Part shown: piece after piece, positions 22,957-36,088 of the stretch
How positions within the stretch are numbered: position 1 is the stretch's first letter
How the letters are laid out: each line of letters starts with the position of its first letter
Source: Myxococcota bacterium
GTDB taxonomy: Bacteria; Myxococcota_A; UBA9042; PHBI01; JAWLBL01
Length of the DNA stretch: 64,000 nucleotides
Assembly (NCBI GenBank): GCA_041687695.1
Contig: JAWLBL010000010.1
Span: forward strand, 98,676 to 162,675
Direction: 5' to 3'
Position numbers and translations under genes: made by a program
The notes under the pieces: model-generated
Told to the model about the DNA's origin: nothing
Databases searched by the model: none
Seen by the model: the letters and a program-made list of their open reading frames with translations, nothing else

Positions 22957-23658
22957 TCATCGGGACGAGCCCTCCTCGGCCAGGACGTGCTGGGCGCGGT
23001 GGAAGACCTCGTCCACGCCGAGCGCGTCCGAGCCGTAGTAGCCGCGGATGCGTCCCTGGCCGTCGACGAGCACCAGCTTGGTCGAGTGGGCGATGTCGAC
23101 GAGGCCCTCGGAGGTCGGCTTCTTGTCGCCCATGTGGGTGCGGAAGCCGTCGGCGATGACGTGCCGCAGGGCGGGCTCGGTACCCGTGACGAAGTGCCAC
23201 CGCGCGAAATCGGCGCCGTGTTCGGCGCCGTAGGCGGTGAGGCGCTCGGGGGTGTCGATCTCGGGGTCCACCGTGAAGCTGACCAGCTCGACCGGGACTT
23301 TGGCGCCGGCGTAGCGCCCCTGGAGGTCGGCCATGGCGCGGGTGACGTCGCGGCAGACGGAGGGGCAGCTGGTGAAGATGAAGCTGGCGACCCAGACGCG
23401 GCCGGCCATGCGCTCGAGGCTGAAGGGCTGCCCGGCCTGGTCGGTCAGGGAGGCGAAGGCCTGGAGCTGACCGAACACGGGCGGCGGATCCGGGACGCGG
23501 CGCGTCAGCGGGCGGATGGCCGGGACGAAGACGACGGCCGCGGCGATGCCGAACCACCAGGGGTGCTTGATGAAGGCGCGCCTCAACCAGCCGGCTTCGG
23601 GGGGGCGGGTCGGGTCGGCTTCGGGCCGCGGGGTGGGGTCGGGGGTCGGCGCGGTCAT
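22957..23658 (-). CDS. Second SCO family protein
   Basis: FIFTSCPSVC, SFTVDPEIDTPE, IAHS; ATGA overlap with ctaB. Confidence 0.9.
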   Translation of the reverse strand: MTAPTPDPTPRPEADPTRPPEAGWLRRAFIKHPWWFGIAAAVVFVPAIRPLTRRVPDPPPVFGQLQAFASLTDQAGQPFSLERMAGRVWVASFIFTSCPSVCRDVTRAMADLQGRYAGAKVPVELVSFTVDPEIDTPERLTAYGAEHGADFARWHFVTGTEPALRHVIADGFRTHMGDKKPTSEGLVDIAHSTKLVLVDGQGRIRGYYGSDALGVDEVFHRAQHVLAEEGSSR

Positions 23659-24578
23659 GGGGCCCGCAGGACGACGTCCAGGACGAGGGCCACGATGAGG
23701 CCGGGGAGGTAGACCAGGGAGGCCAGGAAGTAGTCGCGGGCCCAGCGGGGGCGGGCGGTGGCGCGGAGGCCGAGCAGGCCGTGGCCGAGGAAGGCGAGGC
23801 CGAGGAAGGCGGCGACCACGAAGTAGAAGGTGCCGGTGACGCCGAGCGGCGTCAGGGCGAGGCTGATGGGCACGAGGGCCGTGGCCCAGGCGACGGCCTG
23901 GCGCTTGGCGACGAGATCGCCGCGGACGACCGGGACGATGCGGATGCCGGCGCGCGCGTAGTCGGCCTTTCGGTACAGGGAGATGGCCAGGAAGTGGGGA
24001 ATCTGCCACACGAGGAGGATGCCGAAGAGGACGAGGCCGGGGGCGTCGAGGGTCCCGGTGGCGGCCGTCCAGCCCATGAGCGGCGGCATGGCGCCGGGGA
24101 CGGCGCCGATGACCAGGGCCAGGGGCGTCCGGTACTTGAGGGGGGTGTAGACGAGGACGTAGGAGAGCAGGGCGAAGGCGCCGAGGGCGGCCGTGAGGAG
24201 GTTGGTGCCGGCGAGGAGCACGCCCAGGGCGACGACGCCGAGGGCGACGCCGAAGGCGAGGACGCCGCCGGGGGCCAGCCGGCCGGTGGCGGTGGGCCGC
24301 TTGCGGGTGCGGGCCATCAGGCGGTCGGAGTCGCGCTCCCACCACATGTTGAGGGCGTTGGCCGAGCCGACGGCGAGGGCCGTGCCGACCAGGGCCCACA
24401 GGGCGAGCGGGGCGTCGACGGCGGCCGGCGCAAGCCAGAGCCCGCCGGCCGTCGTGATGAGGCACATGCGGGTGATGGACGGCTTGGTCAGGGCGAGCCA
24501 GTCCGACAGGCGCGGGCGCTCGGCGGCGGGCGCGAGGGCGTCGCCCGGCGGCGGGATGGCGGGCGCGGGCGCGCTCAC
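23655..24578 (-). CDS. ctaB: Protoheme IX farnesyltransferase (heme O synthase)
   Basis: LTKP, NALNMWWERDSDRLMARTRKRP, YTPLKYRT, GAVPGAMPPLMGW, WQIPHF. Confidence 0.95.
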   Translation of the reverse strand: MSAPAPAIPPPGDALAPAAERPRLSDWLALTKPSITRMCLITTAGGLWLAPAAVDAPLALWALVGTALAVGSANALNMWWERDSDRLMARTRKRPTATGRLAPGGVLAFGVALGVVALGVLLAGTNLLTAALGAFALLSYVLVYTPLKYRTPLALVIGAVPGAMPPLMGWTAATGTLDAPGLVLFGILLVWQIPHFLAISLYRKADYARAGIRIVPVVRGDLVAKRQAVAWATALVPISLALTPLGVTGTFYFVVAAFLGLAFLGHGLLGLRATARPRWARDYFLASLVYLPGLIVALVLDVVLRAP

Positions 24579-25048
24579 AGCGACACCCCGCGCTGATCGT
24601 TGAGGCAGTAGTTCTGCAGGGCGCCGTAGGCGTTGCCGCAGGCCTTGATGTGGGCGCGGGCCGAGCCGTGCTTCTTGGAGATGCCGCGGGCCTCGCACAT
24701 CTTGAAGGTCCAGTGGCCCTTGGGATCCTCGTTGACCGCCGTGGCGCAGTCGGCCTGGCGGTCGGCGCCGCCCAGGCACTGCACGAGGGCCATCGGCAGC
24801 GACGAGTCGCACAGGCTGAGCATCGCGTCGCAGCCCTCGGCGTGCCACTGCAGGACCTGGCCGATGCACTGGTCGGTCGACAGGGTCGCCCCGACGGCCT
24901 GGAAGTGGGCGAGCTGGGCCTTGATGTGGCGCTCGGACAGCTTGTAGCGGTACCAGGCGACGCCGCCGAGTACGAAGGCCACGATCAGGAGGCCGCCGAT
25001 CACGAGGGTGGCGCCTGAGGAACGCTGGCTGGGACGAGGGTCGTTCAT
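24575..25048 (-). CDS. Hypothetical membrane-anchored protein with 8 cysteines
   Basis: N-terminal TM helix, helical Cys-rich domain; stop overlaps ctaB start (GTGA). Confidence 0.7.
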   Translation of the reverse strand: MNDPRPSQRSSGATLVIGGLLIVAFVLGGVAWYRYKLSERHIKAQLAHFQAVGATLSTDQCIGQVLQWHAEGCDAMLSLCDSSLPMALVQCLGGADRQADCATAVNEDPKGHWTFKMCEARGISKKHGSARAHIKACGNAYGALQNYCLNDQRGVSL

Positions 25049-25203
25049 CGCGGCCGGTTCATAGGAGATGGGGGGGTGGGTGTCAATCGGAAACGGGGAT
25101 GGAACGGCCCGGTTTTCCAAAGGTTATCGTGCGATTGTGCACGGTTGGGGGGTGGGCGCGGGGGCGTCCGGTGGGGGGCGGCGCGGGTGGGGTGCGCGGG
25201 CGC

Positions 25204-25232
25204 TTGACCGCGCGGGAGGTGGGGGGTACGAG
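25204..25232 (+). promoter_or_regulatory. Candidate sigma70-type promoter for tsaC
   Basis: TTGACC-N17-TACGAG ending ~30 bp upstream of the start. Confidence 0.4.
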
Positions 25233-25261
25233 GCCGGCCGGACGAGCTGGAGGGAGGCGAC

Positions 25262-26230
25262 GTGGGCGAGGTCACGCGGATCCTGGGGACGACGGAGGGC
25301 GAGATCGCGCAGGCGGCGGCGCTGCTTCGGCAGGGGCGGCTCGTCGGGATGCCGACCGAGACGGTCTATGGGTTGGCGGCGGACGCGTCGAGCGCCGACG
25401 CGGTGGGGCGCATCTTCGCGGCCAAGGGGCGGCCGGCGACGCACCCGGTCATCGTGCACGTGGCGGGGCTCGAGGCGCTGCCCGAGTGGGTGGCCGAGGT
25501 GCCCGAGGCGGCGCGGCGGCTGGGCGAGGCGTTCTGGCCCGGGCCGCTGACGATGGTGCTGCGGCGGTCGGCGCGGGTGCCCGACGCGGTGACCGGGGGG
25601 CAGGACACGGTGGCGGTGCGGGTCCCGGGGCATCCGGTGGCGCTGGCGCTGCTGCGGGCGTTCGGGGGCGGGCTGGCGGCGCCGTCGGCGAACCGGTTCG
25701 GCGCGGTGAGTCCGACGCGGGCCGAGCACGTCGCGCGGGATCTCGACGGCGTGGTGGCGGCGGTCGTGGACGGGGGGGCCTGCGAGGTCGGGATCGAGTC
25801 GACCATCGTCGACCTGACGGGCCCGGTGGCGCGTGTGCTGCGGCCGGGCGCGGTGACGGCCGAGGCGATGGAGGCCGTCCTGGGCGAGGCCGTCGCGCGG
25901 GCGCCGAGCGAGGCGGTGAGGGCGCCCGGGCTGCTGCCGTCGCACTACAAGCCGAGGGCGCGGGTCGAGCTGGTCCCGGCCGAGACGGCGCTGGCCCGCG
26001 CCACGGCGCTCGCCGAGCAGGGGCGTAGCGTCGCCTATCTGGGGAGGCTGGAGGCGCCGGGCTTCACGTCGACGCGGGCGTTCGCCTCGGACGAGGCGTT
26101 CGCGCGGGGGCTGTACGCGGCCTTTCGCGAGGCGGACGACGCCGGGGCCGAGGTCATCGTCGTGGCGGCGCCCGAAGCGGAAGGTCTGGGGGTCGCGCTG
26201 CTCGACCGCCTGAGGCGAGCCGCGCGCTGA
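25262..26230 (+). CDS. tsaC: L-threonylcarbamoyladenylate synthase (Sua5 type)
   Basis: PTETVYGL, KGRP, FWPGPLT, APSAN, GIESTIVD, APG...SHY, C-terminal SUA5 domain. Confidence 0.95.
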   Translation: MGEVTRILGTTEGEIAQAAALLRQGRLVGMPTETVYGLAADASSADAVGRIFAAKGRPATHPVIVHVAGLEALPEWVAEVPEAARRLGEAFWPGPLTMVLRRSARVPDAVTGGQDTVAVRVPGHPVALALLRAFGGGLAAPSANRFGAVSPTRAEHVARDLDGVVAAVVDGGACEVGIESTIVDLTGPVARVLRPGAVTAEAMEAVLGEAVARAPSEAVRAPGLLPSHYKPRARVELVPAETALARATALAEQGRSVAYLGRLEAPGFTSTRAFASDEAFARGLYAAFREADDAGAEVIVVAAPEAEGLGVALLDRLRRAAR

Positions 26231-26253
26231 GGCCGCTGGCGTTCGAAAGAGCG

Positions 26254-26287
26254 AAGCCCCCGCTCGCCTCTCGGTGAGCGGGGGCTT
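26254..26287. terminator. Hairpin terminator between convergent tsaC and tRNA operon
   Basis: AAGCCCCCGCTCGCC-tctc-GGTGAGCGGGGGCTT. Confidence 0.75.
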
Positions 26288-26289
26288 GC

Positions 26290-26365
26290 TGGCGTCCCCA
26301 GCGGGATTCGAACCCGCGTCGCCGGCGTGAAAGGCCGGTGTCCTGGGCCTCTAGACGATGGGGAC
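26290..26365 (-). tRNA. tRNA-Glu (TTC), CCA encoded
   Basis: Reverse complement GTCCCCATCGTCTAGAGGCCCAGGACACCGGCCTTTCACGCCGGCGACGCGGGTTCGAATCCCGCTGGGGACGCCA folds as a cloverleaf. Confidence 0.97.
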
Positions 26366-26392
26366 AGAACCCTTGGCGTCGGGTGCAGCGAG

Positions 26393-26465
26393 TGGGCCGA
26401 GCGAGGCTCGAACTCGCGACCATCGGATTAAAAGTCCGGTGCTCTTCCAACTGAGCTATCGGCCC
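26393..26465 (-). tRNA. tRNA-Lys (TTT), CCA not encoded
   Basis: Reverse complement GGGCCGATAGCTCAGTTGGAAGAGCACCGGACTTTTAATCCGATGGTCGCGAGTTCGAGCCTCGCTCGGCCCA. Confidence 0.96.
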
Positions 26466-26478
26466 GGAGCGAGGCGTG

Positions 26479-26507
26479 CTTGTAACCAAGCGCCGCCGGG
26501 GCGTCAA
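26479..26507 (-). promoter_or_regulatory. Candidate sigma70-type promoter of the tRNA operon
   Basis: Minus strand TTGACG-N17-TACAAG, 13 bp upstream of tRNA-Lys. Confidence 0.55.
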
Positions 26508-26641
26508 GCCTCATGGCGCGACGCGCAGATGGCGACGGCGGGGGCGCGGCGGACGTCCTGGCGCGACCCGGTCGATGGGAAAGAAATCGCTTATGATTCC
26601 TTCACTTGACGCCGCCTCGCGCTCGGATAGCTTCCGCCGCG

Positions 26642-27511
26642 ATGACGACCACGACGCGACCCATCCTGCTCATCCATGGCGGCGCCGGCCGGGCGGCCAA
26701 CCCCGACCGGGCGGCCGAGATCCACGCCGCCGTCCAGCGCATCGTCGCCGAGGCCTGGCCCGCGCTGCGCGCCGGGGGCGCGCTCGAGGCGGTGGTCGAG
26801 GCCGTGCGCCGGCTCGAGGACGACCCACGCTTCAACGCCGGGACGGGCAGCAAGCTGCAGCGCGACGGCGCGGCGCGCCTGTCGGCGAGCCTGATGGACG
26901 GCGCGCGCGAGCGCTTCTCGGGCGTGGTCAACGTCGAGGGGCTGCTCAACCCGATCGCGCTGTGCCGCGGGCTGCTCGAGGACGCCGACCGCGTGCTGAT
27001 GGGCGAGGGCGCCCTGGCGCGGGCGCGTGAGCTGGGGCTGCGCGAGGGCGACGTGCGCACCGAGCGCGCGCTGGCGGCCTGGCGGGCGGCGGCGGAGGGC
27101 CAGACGGGGACGGTCGGCGCCGTCGCGGTGGACGCCGACGGGCGGCTGGCCGCCGCGACCAGCACGGGGGGCCGGGGCTTCGAGCGGGTGGGGCGGGTCA
27201 GCGACTCGTGCACCATCGCAGGCAACTACGCGACCGCCGCGGCCGCAGTGAGCTGCACGGGCGTCGGCGAGCACATCGTCGACGGCGGGCTCGCGGCGCG
27301 CCTGGTGGGCGCGGTCGAGGCCGGGCGAGGCCTCGAGCAGGCCGCCGACGCGCTGATCGCCCGGATGAACACGCGCGGCTGGGAGGCCGGCTTCATCGCG
27401 GTGGACCGCGCCGGGGGCTTCGTGGCGCGCCGCACGACCGAGGCGATGACCTGGTGCGCGCGCACCGACGACGGCGTCTTCGGATCCTGGTCCGAGGACG
27501 AGCGGGGCTGA
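26642..27511 (+). CDS. Isoaspartyl peptidase / L-asparaginase (Ntn hydrolase)
   Basis: LIHGGAG, LEDDPRFNAGTGS, GTVGAVA (nucleophile Thr), ATSTGG, GRVSDS, TGVGE. Confidence 0.93.
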   Translation: MTTTTRPILLIHGGAGRAANPDRAAEIHAAVQRIVAEAWPALRAGGALEAVVEAVRRLEDDPRFNAGTGSKLQRDGAARLSASLMDGARERFSGVVNVEGLLNPIALCRGLLEDADRVLMGEGALARARELGLREGDVRTERALAAWRAAAEGQTGTVGAVAVDADGRLAAATSTGGRGFERVGRVSDSCTIAGNYATAAAAVSCTGVGEHIVDGGLAARLVGAVEAGRGLEQAADALIARMNTRGWEAGFIAVDRAGGFVARRTTEAMTWCARTDDGVFGSWSEDERG

Positions 27512-27514
27512 CCG

Positions 27515-28405
27515 ATGCTGGGCGAGTCGCTCGCGCTCGGGTCCGCGCTGGCCTGGGCCACCGCGGTCGTGCTGTATCGCCGCGCCGGCGACGTCGGGGC
27601 CCCGGCGCTCAACCTGTTCAAGAGCGTCCTGAGCGCCTCCTTGCTGGCCGTGACCCTCGTCGCCATGGGTGACGGCGTCCGCCTGGATCGGTCGGCCGAG
27701 CCCTGGGCGCGGCTGGTCGCCAGCGGCCTGCTGGGCATCGCCGTCGCCGACACCATCTTCCTCGGCGCCCTGCGACGCATCGGCCCGGCGCTGCTGTCCA
27801 TCGTCGAGTGCGTCTACAGCCCCATCGTCGTGTTGCTGTCGGTCCTGGTGCTGGGCGAGCAGGTCGGCGGGGTCTTCGCGGTCGGCGCGGGCCTGGTCGC
27901 CGTCGGCGTCGCCACGGCCAGCTGGCCGCAACGCGACCTGTCCCCGGCCGAGGAGACCCCCGGGCGCGAGCAGCGCAAGGGCGTCGCCATGGGGCTGTTC
28001 GCCGTGGCGATCATGGCGGTGGGCGTCATCGTCGCCAAGCCCGCCCTGAGCGGTGGCGGCGTCGTCGAGATCGCCCTCGTGCGGGTCGTGGTGGGCCTCG
28101 CCGGCCAGCTGGTCTTCTTGGGAGCGCGCCGCGAGCTGGGCCGCGCGCTGCGGATCTTCAGGCCGCAGGCCGCGTGGCGCTGGTTGCTGCCGGGCTCGGT
28201 GCTGGGCGCCTACCTGTCGGGGATGCTCTGGATCGGCGGCATCAAGTTCGCCGACGCCTCGGTCGCCTCGGTGCTGAGCCAGATGGCCATGGTCTTCACC
28301 CTGGTCCTGGCGCGCCTGTTCCTGGGCGAGCCGCTGTCGCCGCGTCGCCTCGTGGCGGGCGGCGCCGCGCTGGCGGGCGCCCTGGTCGTGGCCCTGGCGC
28401 CCTGA
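27515..28405 (+). CDS. DMT/EamA family transporter
   Basis: ~10 TM helices in two repeats; LLSVLVLGE and LARLFLGE. Confidence 0.9.
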   Translation: MLGESLALGSALAWATAVVLYRRAGDVGAPALNLFKSVLSASLLAVTLVAMGDGVRLDRSAEPWARLVASGLLGIAVADTIFLGALRRIGPALLSIVECVYSPIVVLLSVLVLGEQVGGVFAVGAGLVAVGVATASWPQRDLSPAEETPGREQRKGVAMGLFAVAIMAVGVIVAKPALSGGGVVEIALVRVVVGLAGQLVFLGARRELGRALRIFRPQAAWRWLLPGSVLGAYLSGMLWIGGIKFADASVASVLSQMAMVFTLVLARLFLGEPLSPRRLVAGGAALAGALVVALAP

Positions 28406-28408
28406 AAC

Positions 28409-28449
28409 GCGAACGCCGCCCGACCCGAAGCGGGCAGGGCGGCGTTCGC
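28409..28449. terminator. Hairpin terminator between convergent EamA gene and carA
   Basis: GCGAACGCCGCCC...GGGCGGCGTTCGC 13-bp perfect outer stem. Confidence 0.7.
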
Positions 28450-28469
28450 CGACGTCCCATGCGCGAGGC

Positions 28470-29617
<1,148 letters not shown>

Positions 29618-29621
<4 letters not shown>

Positions 29622-30943
29622 GTCCGCTCCTCCCGGCCGCCCTCGGCGGCGTCCTCGCTGCGCCAGACGACCTGGCCGCCGACCATGGTGAGCACCGCGC
29701 GCCCACGCGCAACCTGTCCCACGAAGGGCGAGTTGCGCGCCCGGCTGCGCAGCGTCCCCCCGTCGGGGATCCAGGTCGCCCGCGGGTCGATGGCCGTCAG
29801 ATCCGCCGGCGCCCCGACCGTCAGGCCGGCGTCTCCCGCCCGCCCCAGGACGCGGCGCGGCCCGGTCGACAGCACCTCGACGGCCCGCAGCGGCGTCAGC
29901 GCCCCGTCGGCGACCAGCCGCAGCACCAGCGGCAGCGCCAGCTCGAGGCCCATGATCCCCGTCGCCGCCAGATCCAGCTCGAACGCCTTGTCGCGCTCGT
30001 GGTGCGGCTGGTGATCGCTGACCACCGCGTCCACCAGCCCCGACGCGACCGCCTGCCGCAGCGCGTCCCGGTCGGCCTCGCTGCGCAGCGGCGGCCACAC
30101 CTTGGCGTTCGGGTCGAAGGTCTGCAGCGCCGACGCGGTCAGCGTCAGGTGGTGCGCGGTCACGTCACAGGTGACCGGCACGCCGCGCTCCTTGGCCCGC
30201 GCCACCAGCGCGAGGGCGCCCGCGGTGCTGATGCGCGTCAGGTGCAGCCGCGCCCCGGTCAGCTCGGCCAGCGCGAGGTCCCGCGCCACGGCCATCACCT
30301 CGGCCGCCGCCGGCGAGGCTGGCAGCCCGAGCCGCGTCGACCACGGCCCCTCGTCGCAGATCCCGCCCAGCGTCGGCTCGACGGCCGAGCTGGCGACCGG
30401 CAGGTCGAACATCGCCGAGTACTCGAGCACCCGCCGCATCAGGCGCGCGCTCTTGACCGGCCTTTCGCCCTGGGTGACCGCGACGCAGCCCGCCTCGGCC
30501 AGCTCTCCGATGGCCGCCAGCGTCTCGTCCGCCAGGTTCGCCGTCGCCGCGCCCATCGGCCACAGCCGAGCCGCCCCCGCCGCCCGAGCTCGCTCGAGCA
30601 CCTGCGCCACGACCGCCGCGTTGTCCGTCACCGGGTCGGTGTCGGGCGTCGCGCACACGGCGGTGAACCCGCCGGACGCCGCCGCGCGCAGGCCGCTGAC
30701 GACGTCCTCCTTGTACTCGAACCCCGGCTCGCGCAGCGACGCCCGCAGGTCGACCAGCCCCGGCGCCAGCCAGGCCCCGCGCAGGTCCTCGACCTGGTCG
30801 CCCGGCTGCTCGCCGACCGGCCCCTCGCCCTCGGTCGCCACCACCGCGACGCGCCCGTCCTCGACCACCACGGTCCCGACGCGGTCGAGGCCCAGGGCGG
30901 GGTCGAGGAGGCGGGCGCCCTTCAGGATGCGTCGCGTGCTCAT
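29618..30943 (-). CDS. pyrC: Dihydroorotase-like protein, probably inactive PyrC'
   Basis: [30 protein letters not shown] present; Zn-ligand HxH replaced by RAS. Confidence 0.88.
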
Positions 30944-30950
30944 CAGCCCC

Positions 30951-31886
30951 TCACTCGGTGAGCTTGCCGCCGCCGGCGACCAGGTAGAGCACCGCCATGC
31001 GGACGGCCACGCCGTTGGTCACCTGCTCGAGGATGACGTTCTTGTCGCCGTCGGCCACCTCGGGCGCGATCTCGACGCCGCGGTTGATGGGCCCCGGGTG
31101 CATCACGATGGCGTCGTCCTTGGCCAGGCGCAGCCGCTCGGGCGTCAGGCCGAAGAAGCGGAAGTACTCGCGATCGCTCGGGAAGAGGTCGCGGCCCATG
31201 CGCTCCTTCTGGATGCGCAGCATCATGACCACGTCGGCGCCCTCGAGCGCCGGCTCGGCCCGCCGGTGCACGGTCGCGCCCAGCTCGGCCAGCGCCGGCG
31301 GGAGCATCGTCGCCGGCCCCGCCACGTGCACGTCGGCGCCCAGCGTCGTCAGGCCGAACAGGTTCGAGCGTGCGACGCGGCTGTGGGTGATGTCGCCGAT
31401 GATGGCGACCTTCAGCCCGGCGAGGCGCTGCTTGTGCTCGCGGATGGTCATCATGTCGAGCAGCGCCTGGGTCGGGTGCTCGTGCCAGCCGTCGCCCGCG
31501 TTGACGATGGACGCGTCGATGTGCTGCGTCAGCAGGTGCGCCGACCCCGGCGAGCTGTGCCGGATGACCAGGATGTCGGGCGCCATCGCCTGCAGGTTCC
31601 TCACCGTGTCGATGAGCGTCTCGCCCTTGGTCAGGCTGGACGTCGACGCGCTGAAGCTGAGCGTGTCGGCCGACAGGCGCTTCTCGGCGACCTCGAAGCT
31701 CAGGCGCGTCCGCGTCGAGCTCTCGACGAAGAAGTTGACCACCATGACGCCGCGCAGCGCGGGCACCTTCTTCATCCGGCGCTCGCCGATGCGCTTGAAG
31801 TGGTCGGCCAGGTCCAGGATGCCGGTCAGCGTCTCGGGGCCGAGGCCCTCGATGCCGAGCAGGTGGCGCAGGGTCAGCGGCGTCAC
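30951..31886 (-). CDS. pyrB: Aspartate carbamoyltransferase catalytic subunit
   Basis: [47 protein letters not shown]. Confidence 0.97.
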   Translation of the reverse strand: MTPLTLRHLLGIEGLGPETLTGILDLADHFKRIGERRMKKVPALRGVMVVNFFVESSTRTRLSFEVAEKRLSADTLSFSASTSSLTKGETLIDTVRNLQAMAPDILVIRHSSPGSAHLLTQHIDASIVNAGDGWHEHPTQALLDMMTIREHKQRLAGLKVAIIGDITHSRVARSNLFGLTTLGADVHVAGPATMLPPALAELGATVHRRAEPALEGADVVMMLRIQKERMGRDLFPSDREYFRFFGLTPERLRLAKDDAIVMHPGPINRGVEIAPEVADGDKNVILEQVTNGVAVRMAVLYLVAGGGKLTE

Positions 31887-32467
31887 GGCTGGTCCCCCGG
31901 GCGGGTCCGCAGGTACAGGGCGGCGCGGTCCTCGGCGGCCCCGGCCTCGGTCAGCTCGACGCGCACGGTGTGCGCCGCTTCGGTGGTCAGGCTCAGGCCG
32001 ACGATGTCCGGTTGAATGGGCAGCTCGCGGTGGCCGCGGTCGACCAGCACCGCCAGGCGGATCCAGCGGGGCCGCCCGTAGTCGATGATGGCGTCCAGGG
32101 CGCTGCGCACCGTGCGGCCCGTGTACAGCACGTCGTCGACCAGCACCATCTTCGACCCGGTGATGTCGAAGGGCAGCTCGGTCCGTCCGACCACCGGGTG
32201 CGGCAGCCCGATGAGCACGTCGTCGCGGTACAGGGTGATGTCGATCATCCCCTCGGCCGGGCGCACGCCCTCGTCCTCGGCGATGAAGTCGGCCAGGCGC
32301 TCGGCCAGGTGGACGCCGCCGGTGTGGATGCCGACGATGGCCAGATCGGTCACGCCGCCGGCGCCCTCGACGATCTCGCGCGCCATGCGCTTGAGCGCTC
32401 GCCGCACGCCTGGCCCGTCGAGCAGCACCCTCTTCAACGTCAGGCCTGGTGTCGTCGTCGGTGTCAT
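31883..32467 (-). CDS. pyrR: PyrR regulator / uracil phosphoribosyltransferase
   Basis: [33 protein letters not shown]. Confidence 0.96.
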   Translation of the reverse strand: MTPTTTPGLTLKRVLLDGPGVRRALKRMAREIVEGAGGVTDLAIVGIHTGGVHLAERLADFIAEDEGVRPAEGMIDITLYRDDVLIGLPHPVVGRTELPFDITGSKMVLVDDVLYTGRTVRSALDAIIDYGRPRWIRLAVLVDRGHRELPIQPDIVGLSLTTEAAHTVRVELTEAGAAEDRAALYLRTRPGDQP

Positions 32468-33555
32468 CACGGTAACCACGTGCCCATGCGAGACAGATCG
32501 ACCGAGCCGCCGTCGAAGGCCCACCAGATGAGGAAGGCCTTGCCCTTGACGCGCTCGTAGGGGACCAGCCCCCAGAACCGCCCGTCCTTCGAGCGGTCTC
32601 GGTTGTCACCCATGACCATGACGTGGCCCTCGGGGACCACCACGTCCGGCCAGGCCGGGTTCTCGGCCGCCTCGCCGAAGTAGGCGCCGGGGCGCGGGTC
32701 GCCCGGGTCGCGCACCGGCCAGTCCGGGCTGTTCTCGCAGCCCCAGATGGGCGCGTGCCCCGGCGGTCGCCGCATGTGCTGGGTCAGGTAGGTCTTGCCG
32801 TCGAGGGTCTCGCGCTGCAGCACGCAGGGGCACTTCGGTCCGACGAGGCCGTCCTCGTTGTCGCTGGCGTCGCACCAGGCGTCGCCGTCGACGACCTCGG
32901 TCGGGACGGGCTCGCCGTTGAGCCACAGGACGTTGTCCTGCAGGCGCACCCGGTCGCCGGGCACCGCGACGACCCGCTTGATGAAGTCCTCTCCGTCGTG
33001 CTTGTCGCCCGCCAGCACGAACTTGAAGACGACGACGTCGCCGCGCTCGGGCTGCGACCACTCGATGAAGCGCTTGGGTGAAAACGGCACGTACAGGCCG
33101 TAGCCGATCTTGTTGACGAACAGGTGGTCGCCGACCTGCAGCGTCGGGATCATCGAGCCGCTGGGTATCGAGAAGGCCTCGAAGAGCAGGGCGCGGATGA
33201 CCAGCGCGATGCCGAAGGCCCAGGCGATGCTCTCGACGTACTCGCGCAGCACCGTCTTGCGGTAGCGGCCCAGGTGCGTCCCAAGGCTGTCGTCGAGGGC
33301 GTCCGACGCCGTCGCGAGCGCGCGGGCGTCCACGTCCTTGCGCTCGCGCGTGGGCAGCAGCTGGTTGACGACGGCCAGCTGCTCGCCGACCTGTCGCGCC
33401 GACTCGGGGGGCACCCGGCCGCCGTGCTTTTTGAGCAGGACCGACGCCTCGCGGACCAGCTCGCGGGCGCGGCGCACGGCCTTGCGCGGTGAGGGCACGT
33501 CGCGGGACCCTCCGGCCGCCGGGCGCTTGTCGGCATCCTTGGCGGCAGGGCTCAT
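32467..33555 (-). CDS. lepB: Signal peptidase I with N-terminal helical extension
   Basis: [36 protein letters not shown]. Confidence 0.95.
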   Translation of the reverse strand: MSPAAKDADKRPAAGGSRDVPSPRKAVRRARELVREASVLLKKHGGRVPPESARQVGEQLAVVNQLLPTRERKDVDARALATASDALDDSLGTHLGRYRKTVLREYVESIAWAFGIALVIRALLFEAFSIPSGSMIPTLQVGDHLFVNKIGYGLYVPFSPKRFIEWSQPERGDVVVFKFVLAGDKHDGEDFIKRVVAVPGDRVRLQDNVLWLNGEPVPTEVVDGDAWCDASDNEDGLVGPKCPCVLQRETLDGKTYLTQHMRRPPGHAPIWGCENSPDWPVRDPGDPRPGAYFGEAAENPAWPDVVVPEGHVMVMGDNRDRSKDGRFWGLVPYERVKGKAFLIWWAFDGGSVDLSRMGTWLP

Positions 33556-33591
33556 GCAGTCTCCGGGAGGGGCGAGGGCGACAGCGCGCGC

Positions 33592-33620
33592 GTTATAGGA
33601 TCCGCTCTGCGGCAAGTCAA
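33592..33620 (-). promoter_or_regulatory. sigma70-type promoter for lepB-pyr operon
   Basis: Minus strand TTGACT-N17-TATAAC. Confidence 0.7.
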
Positions 33621-33727
33621 CGACGTCACAGGACCCCCTGCAGGCTCGGGCGGAGCCAACAACAGAGCCCGCCCGCGTCGATTCCCGGCGCGGTCCACGC
33701 CCGAACGGGCAGGACGCGCCCGCCCGC

Positions 33728-35554
<1,827 letters not shown>

Positions 35555-35753
35555 GGTCTCCCTGGGGCCCTGTCACGGCGCCGTCGGCGGCGCGCGCAGG
35601 GTGGACATCGGGGCCGCGGCGTGGGGGGGAGGGCGAGGCATGGGCCCGCGGCCCCCGCGGCGCGTGTCATGTAATCGATCCGCGAGGCGGCGTCACCGGG
35701 AAAGGGCTCGGGGGAGCCCCACCGGCGTCCGGACGCGCGGCCGCTGACGAGAG

Positions 35754-35939
35754 TCACGGATCGTCGCCGAGCAACCCCAGCTGCCGCGGAATCCTTTCCT
35801 TGTGGCGCTCGAGGACGAGGTCGATGCCCTCGCGGATGAACTTGGCCATCGGCACGCCGGTCGCCTGGCTGAGGAGCTTCAACTGCCGGTCCTGCTCGGC
35901 CGTGATGTAGATGGTCGTCGTGACCTTCCGCTCGCTCAT
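35754..35939 (-). CDS. Small ribbon-helix-helix DNA-binding protein
   Basis: RKVTTTIYIT strand, then QDRQLKLLSQATGVPMAKFIREGIDLVL helices; GGAGGG RBS. Confidence 0.85.
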   Translation of the reverse strand: MSERKVTTTIYITAEQDRQLKLLSQATGVPMAKFIREGIDLVLERHKERIPRQLGLLGDDP

Positions 35940-36018
35940 CGATCCCTCCGGTCGCCCCGCTGAGCCGATTATCGATAAGTGCGGGAAAACCCTCAAAAAA
36001 ATCAGCCATGCCAGGCGC

Positions 36019-36047
36019 TTGTCTTGGGGCCTCCCTGAGTCTATAGT
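36019..36047 (+). promoter_or_regulatory. sigma70-type promoter for the S1-domain gene
   Basis: TTGTCT-N17-TATAGT. Confidence 0.65.
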
Positions 36048-36088
36048 CCCGCACCCTTCGACCAGCGGGAATCAGCGGGTTGCGAACG

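Noticed and set aside
26231..26365. Integrative element at the tRNA 3' ends
   Set aside because: No integrase, no duplicated tRNA 3' end noticed, and flanking genes are housekeeping
35754..35939. CdbA c-di-GMP-binding nucleoid protein
   Set aside because: Same RHH fold but lacks the KQSLYFP-type strand I recall for CdbA; kept as generic RHH
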